Assembly: GCA_965240325.2 (NCBI GenBank) | Contig: OZ251238.1 | Span: 1-64,000 of the forward strand | Length of the DNA stretch: 64,000 bases | Direction: 5' to 3' | From: Rebecca billardiae RCC1528 | Taxonomy: Eukaryota; Protista; Haptophyta | Shown: positions 34,591 to 47,000 of the stretch, one piece after another | Position numbering within the stretch: the first letter of the stretch is position 1 | Layout of the letters: each line of letters opens with the position of its first letter | Notes under the pieces: model-generated | Database searches by the model: none | Seen by the model: only the letters and a program-made list of their open reading frames with translations | What the model was told of the DNA's origin: nothing | Position numbers and translations under genes: made by a program

Positions 34591-35427
34591 GGTTGGGCGA
34601 GCGAACGGGCGGCGTGAGCTGATTGGCGCACCGAGCACGATTCCGAATACAAAATGAGCGCGGCGGTTGCCGTGTCGTCGGCCAATGAATCGACGACGAC
34701 GAGCTGCCCGCTCTACTTGCGAGTATACAGCAACAAGTCGTAGCGCGATGAATCGTAACCGTAACAGGTACTCGAACTGATGAATACACTCGCACGGCGG
34801 CGTGCGCGCGCGAGGCGCAGCGCGCTCGGGTGCTCGGCGCACTGCGGCGGTGGCCGCGCTGGCTGGCCTGGGCGCCTTTGACGGCGCGGTGCGCGCGCTT
34901 AGCTGCACGAGCGGGGCGGTGGTCCGCGACGCGGCGCCGGGCCCGAACGGTCCGGGCTTAATTTTGGCCGTCGCCCAGCAGCGTTATGACATGACACCCC
35001 GTCCCCGGCACTTCTGGCTCGCGTAAGCGGCAGCGGGCAGTGCAGGGCGTTGGGCGTGTGCGGCTTAGGCACGCGCCTCGTCAACCTCGCCGCATGGGCG
35101 GCCTCGCGGGCGACGCGCCGCCCGCGCCCTTCCGTGCTGGCCGCGCGCCGTGCCACGGTCAGTTGCGGCCCCACTCCTGGCACTCCGGCCGCGCAGCCTC
35201 GGGCGGTCTACTCTTTCAGTCTTTGCGGAGCGGCCTTGGGGTGGCTCGGGGGGCGTGGCCTATCCATGCGCCTGAACCGTCGCGCGCTCGATGGGTGGTG
35301 GGCTCGCCGGCCACAGCAACGTCGTCGGGCTGACCGAGTCGTCGCGAGAGAGTTGCTCGCCTGATTGGCTTGGCCGGTCGGGCGGCAGCTTGCTGCTTGC
35401 GGAATATGTCCGCGTGGCGCGCACTGG

Positions 35428-37683
35428 ATGCGCGAACGGTCGCCATCGTCGACGGCCGCCGCCGGGCCGACGACTCGACGCGCGACGGCGACAGCGCGGA
35501 GCGGGTGGCGGCGCGCCGAGGCCGCGCCGCCGCGCCGCGCCACGCCGCGCCGCGCCCTCGCCCTCGCCGCGTGCTGCTGCTGCTGCTGCGCTGGCCCCAC
35601 GCCGCTCGGCGGCGCCGCGGCGGCGGCGGCCGCGGCCGCGGCCGACGCTTCCGCCGGCGGCGCGCCACGCTTCCGCGGCGGCGACCTGGAGGACCCCGCG
35701 GTGTTCCGCGAGCTGCTCGCGTGGGCGGTGGAGGGCGAGCTCGTCCTGCTCACGACGAACGGGCCGGGCCTCCCCGACGCCGTGCACGCCGCGCTGCAGC
35801 TGCGCGCGCTCGGCGTGGCGCACGTGCTCGCGCACGGCGCCTCGCCCGCCGCGTGCGCCGCGTACACGGCGGCGCTGCCGGCGCACGGCGCGTGCGTCAC
35901 GTCGTCGTGGGCGCCGCGCGGCGCGGGCGGCGGCGCGTGGCGCCCGCGCAACTTCCGCTCGGCGCTCTTCATCGCGCGCAAGCACGCGCTGTACGTGCTG
36001 TGCGCGCGCGGCGGGCTGGGCGTGCTGCAGGCGGACAGCGACACGCTCTGGCTGGCGCACCCGCTCGCGCTCTTCCGCGCGCCCGCGCTGCGCAAGTACG
36101 ACGTGATCGTGCAGAAGGACGTGCCGTACGCCAACGCGGGCGTGCTGTACGTGCGCAACGCGCGCAACGGCACCGGCGCCGCGTGGGTGCTGGCCGAGCT
36201 CGTCGCGACGCTCGCGGAGCTCGGCGGCGACGCGGCGGGCGCGCTCGCGGCCGCGCGCGCGGTCGTGCCCTCGGCGGCTGCGCTGGTGGACAAGCTGGAG
36301 AACGAGCAGATGGTGCTGAACGACGTGCTCGCGTCCGCCGTGCTGCGCCGCCGCGAGTGGGCCTTCTCCGTGCAGCGCGCGTACGCCAGCGCGCCGGGCG
36401 CGCCCGGCTCGCTGCGCGCGGCGCAGGCGCGCGCCGCGGCCGCGCAGGCGCTGGCCATGCGCGCCGCCATGCGCGCGGTCGCACTCGACACGCGCGGCGC
36501 GGCGGGCGCGGGGCCGGCGGTGCTCGGGCTGGGCACGTGCGCGCACCGCTGGGCCAAGCTGGGCCTCGAGGCGCGGCTCTGGCCGCTCGACGCGCCCGCG
36601 GGCCGCGCCGTCGCCTCGTGGGCCCTGCTGGCGCCGCCCTCGCTGCTCGCGCACCTGCGCCAGTACGCGGCGATGGCGCACGGCTGCGCGCACACGCGCT
36701 GCTCCGCGCTCACGCGCGCCGGGGCGGGGGCGGGCGCGCGCGCCGCGCCGGTGGTGACGGCGGTGGTGCACCTCGCCTCGCTCTCCGCCGCGCGGCACAT
36801 GCGGCCCGTCATGCTGCAGGCGCTGGGCAGCTGGGACGCGCGCGCGGACGGCGCGGCGGGCGCGCTGGCCGCGGCTCGGTTTGGGCGCGCCAGCCGCGCG
36901 CTCACGCTCGCCGGCTTCGACCTGGGCGAGGCGCTGGACGCGCGGAACGAGAGCGCGATCACCGAGGCGGTGGTCGCGCCGCTCGTGCGCCTCGCGCTCG
37001 CCGCGCGCCGCCGGCCCGCGCTGCCGCCGCTGCCGTGCCCCGCGCGGCCGTGGAGCGCGCGCGAGGCGGCCCGGCGCGCGCTGGTGGCGGACTCGGACTG
37101 CGAGCCCGCGCGCGCGCTGCCCGGCGACGCGTCCGGCCGGGGCGCGGCGCACGGCGAGTGCGGCTGGCTCGGCGACGCGCCGTGCCAGAGGATCGCGCTC
37201 TCGCGCTTCGAGACCGACCGGCTGCGCGCGCTGCTCAGCGCGCCCGCGCCCCCGCCGGCCGAGGGCGCGCCAGCCGGGGCCGGGGCGGGGTCGGGCGTCG
37301 CGTCCGCGCCCGCGCCCGCGCCCGCGTCTGTCGCTGTGGTGCGGCTGCAAGCGCTGCTCGGCGGAGGCGGCGCGCAGCAGCCGGCGGGGGTCGAGGCGGA
37401 GGGGCTCGCCGAGCGCGTGGCCGCGCTGCTCGGCGCGGCCGCGCAGCCCGCCGCGCTCGTCGTGCTCGACGGCGGCGGCGCGCCCGTGCGGCTGCTGCGC
37501 GAGGCGGTGGCAGCGCTCGCGGCCGAGCAGCACTCATCGCAGCAGCGGCCCTCGCGCCACACGGCCGCGCCGCGCCCGCGCGGCCGGCCGCGCGCGCTGC
37601 TCGGCGGCATGGGCCATGCCGACGAGCCGCTCGGCGCCACGTGCAAGCGCGCGCAGCGCGAGATGCCGCAGCTGCTGGTCTGA
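35428..37683 (+). CDS. Nucleotide-diphospho-sugar transferase (GT77 / Nucleotid_trans-like), type II membrane glycosyltransferase
   Basis: Basic N-terminus plus a hydrophobic anchor. Motifs ARK..L, GLGVLQADSDTLWLAHP (DxD), YDVIVQKD, ANAGVLYVR and NEQMVLNDVL are typical of GT77. Confidence 0.8.
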   Translation: MRERSPSSTAAAGPTTRRATATARSGWRRAEAAPPRRATPRRALALAACCCCCCAGPTPLGGAAAAAAAAAADASAGGAPRFRGGDLEDPAVFRELLAWAVEGELVLLTTNGPGLPDAVHAALQLRALGVAHVLAHGASPAACAAYTAALPAHGACVTSSWAPRGAGGGAWRPRNFRSALFIARKHALYVLCARGGLGVLQADSDTLWLAHPLALFRAPALRKYDVIVQKDVPYANAGVLYVRNARNGTGAAWVLAELVATLAELGGDAAGALAAARAVVPSAAALVDKLENEQMVLNDVLASAVLRRREWAFSVQRAYASAPGAPGSLRAAQARAAAAQALAMRAAMRAVALDTRGAAGAGPAVLGLGTCAHRWAKLGLEARLWPLDAPAGRAVASWALLAPPSLLAHLRQYAAMAHGCAHTRCSALTRAGAGAGARAAPVVTAVVHLASLSAARHMRPVMLQALGSWDARADGAAGALAAARFGRASRALTLAGFDLGEALDARNESAITEAVVAPLVRLALAARRRPALPPLPCPARPWSAREAARRALVADSDCEPARALPGDASGRGAAHGECGWLGDAPCQRIALSRFETDRLRALLSAPAPPPAEGAPAGAGAGSGVASAPAPAPASVAVVRLQALLGGGGAQQPAGVEAEGLAERVAALLGAAAQPAALVVLDGGGAPVRLLREAVAALAAEQHSSQQRPSRHTAAPRPRGRPRALLGGMGHADEPLGATCKRAQREMPQLLV

Positions 37684-38031
37684 TTCGCGCCGCCGACGGC
37701 CCGGCCGGGGCGGGCGGGCGTGTCGCCCCGAGTTGGGCGACACGCCGGCCGGGGCGGTTTCAAGTCCGGGGCGGCCAACCACGAAAAGCCGTGCCAAAAA
37801 AAGCCTCATGAGTGCTTCCGCAGCGGCCGAACTATCGCGCGGGTACACGCATGGCGTGATTGGTATTGGGCACTATCATACTGTACATATCGGCACGGAG
37901 CTGCTTGGAGGTGCGGTGCGCCGGCTCCAGCTGCTCATGGTCGTTTTGCACCGGGGCGAGAGAGGCCGAGCCGCACCCGCCACCTGCCACAACCGCGCCG
38001 TGTGTGGGTGTGGCAAGCCGCCATCGCCATC

Positions 38032-41000
38032 ATGGAGCTCACGCTGGACGAGCAACGCGCCTCGCGCGGAGCCGCGCGCAGGCGAGGCGCTGCCGACCCG
38101 CGCGACGGCGGGAACGCCGCCGCACGCGCCCTCGACGCCGCAGCCCACCCGGGCGAGGCGTGGCCGCGGCTCATCGCCCCAGCCGCTGCGCCGCGCTCAG
38201 ACGCGGCCGCGTGCCGCCGGCCGCATCCGACGCGGCACGGCGGCGCGGCCGACGCCGCCCGCGTGGGCAGCCCGGCGCAGCCCGAGCGGGACAAGGCGGC
38301 CAGTGCGCGCGCCGCCCGCCCCCGCTCGCGGCCGGCGCCGTCCGCGCGCGGATCGGCGCGCTGGCTCCCGAGCGCGCTCGCGGCCGCGGCGCTGCTGCTC
38401 GGCTGCGCGCCGCGCGCGGCCGCGCAATCGACAGCGACGTGCACCGAGCTGCGCACGCTGTACGGCCTGTCCGACTCGTGGCAGCTCTCGGCCGCCGCGG
38501 GCTTCGAGCGCGTCTGCGGCGAGTCCCGCCACCCGTGGGGCACGGGCTTCAGCTCGTACGAGGCCATCACCAACTGGGACATCTGCCCCGCGTCCGTGTG
38601 GTTTGTGTGGCAGGACGCCAACACCGCGTGCACCGACATCGGCGCGCGGCTGTGCACGCAGGCGGAGGTCGAGGCGGACGTCGCGGCGAACGGCGACGGC
38701 CAGTGCGGCACGTACGACGGCACGCCGTGGGACCAGCACCGCTTCTGGACGAGCACGCAGTGCGGCAAGAACGCGGACAACCGGCGGCGCGTGCCGGGCG
38801 CGTCCGCGTACGCGGCCGAGGGCGCGCAGTGCAAGAACGGCGTGAGCGGCATCAACAACGCGGGGATCAAGTGCTGCGCCGACGAGCCCGCGCCGCCGCC
38901 CTCGCCGCCCGCGCCGCCGCCGAGCCCGCCGAGCCCGCCGCCCAGCCCGCCGCCCTCGCCCGCGCCGCCGCCGAGCCCGCCGCCCTCGCCCGCGCCGCCG
39001 CCGAGCCCGCCGCCGTCGCCGCCGCCGAGCCCACCGCCGTCACCGCCGCCGTCGCCGCCGCCGAGCCCGCCGCCGCAGCCGCCGGTGCCGCCGCCGCCCG
39101 TCCCGCCACCGTCGCCCCCGCCCGGCGCGCCGCCCGGCGCGCCGCCCAGCCCGCCGCCGAGCCCGCCGCCGAGCCCGCCGCCCTCGCCGCCGCCCTCGCC
39201 GCCGCCGCCCTCGCCGCCGCCCTCGCCGCCGCCCTCGCCGCCGCCCTCGCCACCACCCAGCCCGCCGAGCCCGCCGCCCTCGCCGCCGCAGGCGACGACG
39301 TCGTGCGCGACGCTGCAGTCCCTCTACGGCGGCTGGCCGCTCGCCTCCGACCCCGGCTTCGCGCTGGTGTGCGGCGAGAGCAACAACGGGCTCGACGGCT
39401 CGGGCGGCAGCCAGTGCTCGGGGCTGCGCGACCACAACTCCGCCATCGAGTTCTGCCAGCGCGTGAACGCGCGGCTGTGCACGTACCAGGAGCTGCAGGC
39501 TGACGTGGCGGCGAACACGGGGTGCGACCTCGAGAACGCGCGCGTGTGGACCAACCAGGCGTGCTCCAACCCCGCCGCCCCGGACGTGGACAACTTCTGG
39601 AGCGTGGGCGGCTCCAACGCGTCCACGCTGCCGCTGCGCTGCCGCACGTGGGACAAGACGTACAGCGTGCGCTGCTGCGCGGACGTGCTCGAGTCGCCGC
39701 CGCCGCCGCTGCCGCCGCCGAGCCCGCCGCCCACGCCGCCGCCCAGCCCGCCGCCCAGCCCGCCGCCGCCGCTGCCGCCGCCGTCGCCGCCGCCGAGCCC
39801 GCCGCCGAGCCCGCCGCCGTCGCCGCCGCCGAGCCCGCCGCCGTCGCCGCCGCCGTCGCCGCCGCCGAGCCCGCCGCCGGGCTCGCCACCGCACCCGCCG
39901 CCGAGCCCGCCGCCGAGCCCGCCGCCGGGCTCGCCACCGCACCCGCCGCCGTCGCCGCCGCCCGGCCAGCCGCCATCGCCGCCGCCGAGCCCGCCGCCGA
40001 GCCCGCCGCCGTCGCCGCCGCCGAGCCCGCCGCCCAGCCCGTCGCCGCAGCCGCCGCCGAGCCCGCCACCGTCGCCTCCGCCGAGCCCGCCGCCGTCGCC
40101 GCCGCCCGGCCAGCCGCCATCGCCGCCACCGAGCCCGCCGCCGAGCCCACCACCAAGCCCGCCGCCTTCGCCGCCGCCGTCGCCACCACCGAGCCCACCG
40201 CCGAGCCCGCCGCCAAGCCCGCCGCCCTCGCCGCCGCCGAGCCCGTCGCCGCAGCCACCGCCGAGCCCGCCGCCCGCCTCGCCGCCAAGCCCGCCGCCAT
40301 CGCCGCCGCCCAGCCCACCGCCGCCGTCGCCGCCGCCGAGCCCGCCGCCGAGCCCGCCGCCACGGCCGCCGCCCAGCCCGCCGCCGAGCCCGCCGCCCAG
40401 CCCGCCGCCCAGCCCGCCCCCGCCGGCTGTGGAGCCGTCGCCACCGCCCTCGCCGCCACCGCAGGCCCCGCCTTCTCCGCCGCCGAGCCCACCGCCGAGC
40501 CCACCGCCGGGCGCGCCGCCGGGCCCGCCGCCGAGCCCGCCACCGACCCCGCCGCCACCAGCGCCGCCTCCAAGCCCGCCTCCGTCTCCGCCGCCATCGC
40601 CACCGCCGTCGCCACCGCCGTCGCCTTTCCCGAGCCCTCCGCCGAGCCCACCGCCCCCGGGCGCGCCGCCAACGCCGCCTCCGTCGCCTCCCCCCGCGCA
40701 GCCTCCACGCCCACCGCCGTCACCCCCGCCGTCACCCCCGCCGTCGCCCCCGCCGTCGCCCCCGCCGTCGCCCCCGCCGTCGCCCCCGCCGTCGCCTCCG
40801 CCGACAGCCGCGCCGTCACCGCCGCCGTCGCCGCCACCAAGCCCGCCCCCTTCGCCGCCGCCGAGCCCACCGCCGCCCGACCCGCCACCCTCGCCGCCGC
40901 CTAGCCCGCCCCCTAGCCCGCCGCCGTGGCAGCCACCTTCGCCGCCGCCGAGCCCGCCCCCGTCGCCGCCGCCGTCGCCGCCACCGGCGGCATCGCCGCT

Positions 41001-44000
41001 GCCACCGCCGTCCCCGCCACCGCGGCCTCCGCCGAGCCCGCCTCCATCACCACCGCCCTCGCCACCGCCGAGCCCGCCGCCGAGCCCGCCTCCGTCGCCA
41101 CCGCCGTCGCCGCCACCGGCAGCCTCGCCGCTGCCACCACCGTCCCCGCCGCCGTCGTCGCCGCCGAGCCCGCCACCATCACCACCGCCCTCGCCGCCGC
41201 CCTCGCCGCCGCCCTCGCCGCCGCCGAGCCCGCCTCCGTCGCCACCGCCGTCGCCGCCACCGGCAGCCTCGCCGCTGCCACCGCCGTCCCCGCCGCCATC
41301 GCCGCCGCCGAGCCCGCCGCCATCACCACCGCCTTCGCCTCCTCCCAGCCCACCGCCGCCAGTCCCACCGCTCTCGCCGCCCCCTAGCCCTCCGCCCAGC
41401 CCGCCGCCGTCGCCACCGCCGGCGCCGCCACCGCCACCGAGGGCGCAGCCCTTCCCACCGCCGAGCCCACCTGCGCCGCCGCCCAGCCCTCCGCCGAGCC
41501 CGCCGCCTGTGCCGCCACCGAGCCCGCCACCGGCGTCACCTCCGCGGCCACCGCCCTCGCCACCGCCGAGTCCACCGCCGCCAGTCCCGCCGCCCTCACC
41601 TCCGCCGCAGCCACCGCCGAGCCCGCCACCGACGCAGCCGCCGTCCCCGCCACCCTCGCCGCCACCTTCGCCACCGCCGAGCCCGCCGCCGAGCCCGCCT
41701 CCGTCGCCACCGCCGTCGCCGCCACCGGCAGCCTCGCCGCTGCCACCGCCGAGCCCGCCGCCATCGCTGCCGCCGAGCCCGCCGCCATCACCACCGCCCT
41801 CGCCGCCGCCCTCGCCGCCGCCGAGCCCGCCTCCGTCGCCACCGCCGTCGCCGCCACCGGCAGCCTCGCCGCTGCCACCGCCGTTCCCGCCGCCATCGCC
41901 GCCGCCGAGCCCGCCGCCATCACCACCGCCTTCGCCTCCTCCGAGCCCACCGCCGCCAGTCCCACCGCCCTCGCCGCCCCCTAGCCCTCCGCCCAGCCCG
42001 CCGCCGTCGCCACCGCCGGCGCCGCCACCGCCACCGAGGGCGCAGCCCTTCCCACCGCCGAGCCCACCTGCGCCGCCGCCCAGCCCTCCGCCGAGCCCGC
42101 CGCCTGTGCCGCCACCGAGCCCGCCACCGGCGTCACCTCCGCGGCCACCGCCCTCGCCACCGCCAAGCCCACCGCCGCCAGTGCCGCCGCCGTCCCCTCC
42201 TCCACAGCCGCCGCCGAGCCCGCCACCGACGCAGCCGCCGTCCCCGCCGCCCTCGCCACCGCCTTCGCCGCCGCCGAGCCCGCCGCCGTCGCCGCCGCCA
42301 TCGCCACCACCGTCGCCGCCACCGGCAGCCTCGCCGCTGCCACCACCGTCCCCGCCGCCATCGCCACCGCCGAGCCCGCCACCATCACCACCGCCCTCGC
42401 CGCCGCCTTCGCCGCCGCCCTCGCCGCCGCCCTCGCCGCCGCCGAGCCCGCCTCCGTCGCCACCGCCCTCGCCGCCACCGGCAGCCTCGCCGCTGCCACC
42501 ACCGTCCCCGCCGCCATCGCCACCGCCGAGCCCGCCGCCATCACCACCGCCCTCGCTGCCGCCTTCGCCGCCGCCCTCGCCGCCGCCCTCGCCGCCGCCT
42601 TCGCCGCCGCCCTCGCCGCCGCCCTCGCCGCCGCCGAGCCCGCCTCCGTCGCCACCGCCCTCGCCGCCACCGGCAGCCTCGCCGCTGCCACCGCCGTCCC
42701 CGCCGCCATCGCCGCCGCCGAGCCCGCCGCCATCACCACCGTTCTCGCCGCCGCCTTCGCCGCCGCCCTCGCCGCCGCCCTCGCCGCCGCCGAGCCCACC
42801 TCCGTCGCCACCGCCGTCGCCGCCACCGGCAGCCTCGCCGCTGCCACCGCCGAGCCCGCCGCCATCGCTGCCGCCGAGCCCGCCGCCATCACCACCGCCC
42901 TCGCCGCCGCCCTCGCCGCCGCCGAGCCCGCCTCCGTCGCCACCGCCGTCGCCGCCACCGGCAGCCTCGCCGCTGCCACCGCCGTTCCCGCCGCCATCGC
43001 CGCCGCCGAGCCCGCCGCCATCACCACCGCCTTCGCCTCCTCCGAGCCCACCGCCGCCAGTCCCACCGCCCTCGCCGCCCCCTAGCCCTCCGCCCAGCCC
43101 GCCGCCGTCGCCACCGCCGGCACCGCCACCGCCACCGAGGGCGCAGCCCTTCCCACCGCCGAGCCCACCTGCGCCGCCGCCCAGCCCTCCGCCGAGCCCG
43201 CCGCCGCAGCCGCCGCCGAGCCCGCCACCGGCGTCACCTCCGCTGCCACCGCCCTCGCCACCGCCGAGCCCACCGCCGCCAGTGCCGCCGCCGTCCCCTC
43301 CTCCACAGCCGCCGCCGAGCCCGCCACCGACGCAGCCGCCGTCCCCGCCGCCCTCGCCACCGCCTTCGCCGCCGCCGAGCCCGCCTCCGTCGCCGCCGCC
43401 ATCGCCACCAACGTCGCCGCCACCGGCAGCCTCGCCGCTGCCACCACCGTCCCCGCCGCCATCGCCACCGCCGAGCCCGCCGCCATCACCACCGCCCTCG
43501 CCGCCACCTTCGCCGCCGCCGAGCCCGCCTCCATCGCCACCGCCGAGCCCGCCTCCGTCGCCACCGCCGTCGCCGCCACCGGCAGCGTCGCCGCTGCCAC
43601 CGCCGTCTCCGCCCCCATCGCCGCCGCCGAGCCCGCCGCCATCACCACCGCCTTCGCCTCCTCCGAGCCCACCGCCGCCAGTCCCACCGCCCTCGCCGCC
43701 CCCTAGCCCTCCGCCTAGCCCGCCGCCGTCGCCACCGCCGGCACCGCCACCGCCACCGAGGGCGCAGCCCTTCCCACCGCCGAGCCCACCTGCGCCGCCG
43801 CCCAGCCCTCCGCCGAGCCCGCCGCCGCAGCCGCCGCCGAGCCCGCCACCGGCGTCACCTCCGCTGCCACCGCCCTCGCCACCGCCGAGCCCACCGCCGC
43901 CAGTGCCGCCGCCGTCCCCTCCTCCACAGCCGCCGCCGAGCCCGCCACCGACGCAGCCGCCGTCCCCGCCGCCCTCGCCACCGCCTTCGCCGCCGCCGAG

Positions 44001-47000
44001 CCCGCCTCCGTCGCCGCCGCCGTCGCCGCCACCGGCAGCCTCGCCGTTGCCACCGCCGTCCCCGCCGCCATCGCCACCGCCGAGCCCGCCGCCATCACCA
44101 CCGCCCTCGCCGCCGCCCTCGCCGCCGCCCTCGCCGCCACCCTCGCCGCCGCCGAGCCCGCCTCCGTCGCCACCGCCGTCGCCGCCACCGGCAGCCTCGC
44201 CGTTGCCACCGCCGTCCCCGCCGCCATCGCCGCCGCCGAGCCCGCCGCCATCACCACCGCCTTCGCCTCCTCCAAGCCCACCGCCGCCAGTCCCACCGCC
44301 CTCACCGCCCCCTAGCCCTCCGCCCAGCCCGCCGCCGTCGCCACCGCCGGCACCGCCACCGCCACCGAGGGCGCAGCCCTTCCCACCGCCGAGCCCACCT
44401 GCGCCGCCGCCCAGCCCTCCGCCGAGCCCGCCGCCGCAGCCGCCGCCGAGCCCGCCACCGGCGTCACCTCCGCGGCCACCGCCCTCGCCACCGCCGAGCC
44501 CACCGCCGCCAGTGCCGCCGCCGTCCCCTCCTCCACAGCCGCCGCCGAGCCCGCCACCGACGCAGCCGCCGTCCCCGCCGCCCTCGCCACCGCCTTCGCC
44601 GCCGCCGAGCCCGCCTCCGTCGCCGCCGCCATCGCCACCACCGTCGCCGCCACCGGCAGCCTCGCCGCTGCCACCGCCGTCCCCGCCGCCATCGCCGCCG
44701 CCGAGCCCACCGCCATCACCGCCGCCCTCGCCGCCGCCCTCGCCGCCGCCGAGCCCGCCTCCGTCGCCACCGCCGTCGCCGCCACCGGCAGCCTCGCCGC
44801 TGCCACCGCCGTCCCCTCCGCCATCGCCGCCGCCGAGCCCGCCGCCATCACTACCGCCCTCGCCTCCTCCGAGCCCACCGCCAAGCCCGCCGCCATCGCC
44901 ACCGCCATCGCAGCCACCGGCGGCCTCGCCACTGCCGCCGCCCTCTCCGCCGCCTTCACCGCCGCCGAGCCCGTCACCATTGCCACCGCCCTCGCCGCCG
45001 CCCTCGCCGCCGCCCTCCCCGCCGCCAAGCCCACCGCCGAGCCCACTGCCGAGCCCGCCTCCGTCGCCACCACCGTCGCCACCACCGGCGGCCTCGCCGC
45101 TGCCGCCGCCCTCTCCGCCGCCTTCGCCGCCGCCCTCGCCGCCGCCCTCGCCGCCGCCCTCGCCGCCGCCCAGCCCAGTGCCCTCCCCGCCGCCATCGCC
45201 GCCGCCATCGCCGCCGCCCTCCCCGCCGCCCAGCCCACCGCCGAGCCCACCGCCGAGTCCGCCTCCGTCGCCGCCGCCGTCGCCACCGCCGGCCTCGCCA
45301 CTGCCGCCGCCCTCTCCGCCGCCTTCGTCTCCGCCGAGCCAGCCGCCCTCACCGCCGCCCTTGCCGCCGCCCTCGCCGCCGCCCTCGCTGCCGCCCTCGC
45401 CGCCTCCTCACCCGCCGCCCAGCCCACCGCCGAGCCCACCGCCGAGTCCGCCTCCGTCGCCGCCGCCGTCGCCACCGCCGGCCTCGCCACTGCCGCCGCC
45501 CTCTCCGCCGCCTTCACCGCCGCCGAGCCCGTCACCATTGCCACCGCCCTCGCCGCCGCCCTCGCCGCCGCCCTCCCCGCCGCCCAGCCCACCGCCGAGC
45601 CCACTGCCGAGCCCGCCTCCGTCGCCACCACCGTCGCCACCACCGGCGGCCTCGCCGCTGCCGCCGCCCTCTTCGCCGCCTTCGCCGCCGCCCTCGCCGC
45701 CGCCCTCGCCGCCGCCCTCGCCGCCGCCCAGCCCAGTGCCCTCCCCGCCGCCATCGCCGCCGCCATCGCCGCCGCCCTCCCCGCCGCCCAGCCCACCGCC
45801 GAGCCCACCGCCGAGTCCGCCTCCGTCGCCGCCGCCGTCGCCACCGCCGGCCTCGCCACTGCCGCCGCCCTCTCCGCCGCCTTCGTCTCCGCCGAGCCAG
45901 CCGCCCTCACCGCCGCCCTTGCCGCCGCCCTCGCCGCCGCCCTCGCTGCCGCCCTCGCCGCCTCCTCACCCGCCGCCCAGCCCACCGCCGAGCCCGCCTC
46001 CGTCGCCGCCGCCGTCGCCACCCCCGGCACCACCGCCGTCGCCGCCGCCGTCGCCGCCGCCTTTGCCGCCGCCGAGCCCGCCTCCATCACCACCGCCCTC
46101 GCCGCCACCGTCGCCGCTTCCCAGCCCGCCACCAAGCCCTCCGCCAACGCTGCCGCCGTCCCCTCCGCCCTCGCCACCGCCGTCTCCTCCGCCGAGCCCG
46201 CCGCCTTTGCCGCCGCCGCCCCGGCCACCGCCCTCCCCTCCTCCCAGCCCCCCACCAAGCCCGCCACCGTCGCCCCCTCCATCGCAGCCGCCGCAGCCAC
46301 CGCCCTCCCCACCGCCATCCCCACCGCCATCCTCGCCTCCTGCACCGCCGCCGCCACGCCCGCCGCCGTCGCCTCCTCCGTCCTTGCCACCATCCCCACC
46401 GCCGTCCCCGCCACCGTCAGCACCACCCGCGCCACCGCCAAGCCCACCGCCATCACCGCCACCTGCTCCGCAGCCGCCGTCTCCGCCGCCGTCGCCGCCG
46501 CCGAGCCCACCCCCTTCACCGCCGCCCAGCCCGCTGCCACCGCTCCCGCCGCCGTCGCCGCCGAGTCCGCCGCCGCCGCGCACGCTGCCATTCCCGCCGC
46601 CGTCGCCGCCGTCGCCGCCGCTTCCGCCGTTCGCGTTTGGCGCGGACGCGCTGGTCTCTGACGCGCAGATCACGCTGTACACGACGAGCAGCAGCCCGGG
46701 CGCGGCTGTGCACGGCACGGTCAGCAGCGCCGGCAACCGGCACAACTTGACGGTGGGCTTCTTGGCGGGCGCGTCTGCCGGCGCGTCCGGCACTGTGCGC
46801 GCCGCGTCGCACGGCATCGATCTCGGCGTGGCGAGCAGCTACAGCGTGACCGCCGAGCAGGCGGCGAGCGTGGAGTGCGCGGTGCGCACGCCGACGGCGT
46901 ACGCGGACCGCACAGGCGTGCGCGTCGCGTACCAGCTTCGCGATGCGGCGCACCGCTCGTCCGTGCTCACCACGGGTCTGAGCGTGAGCCTGACGCTGTC

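Noticed and set aside
35571-35590. Poly-Cys run in the GT77 N-terminus as a metal-binding motif
   Set aside because: It is a (TGC)n microsatellite inside the hydrophobic anchor; similar CAG/CTG runs occur in neighbouring genes.
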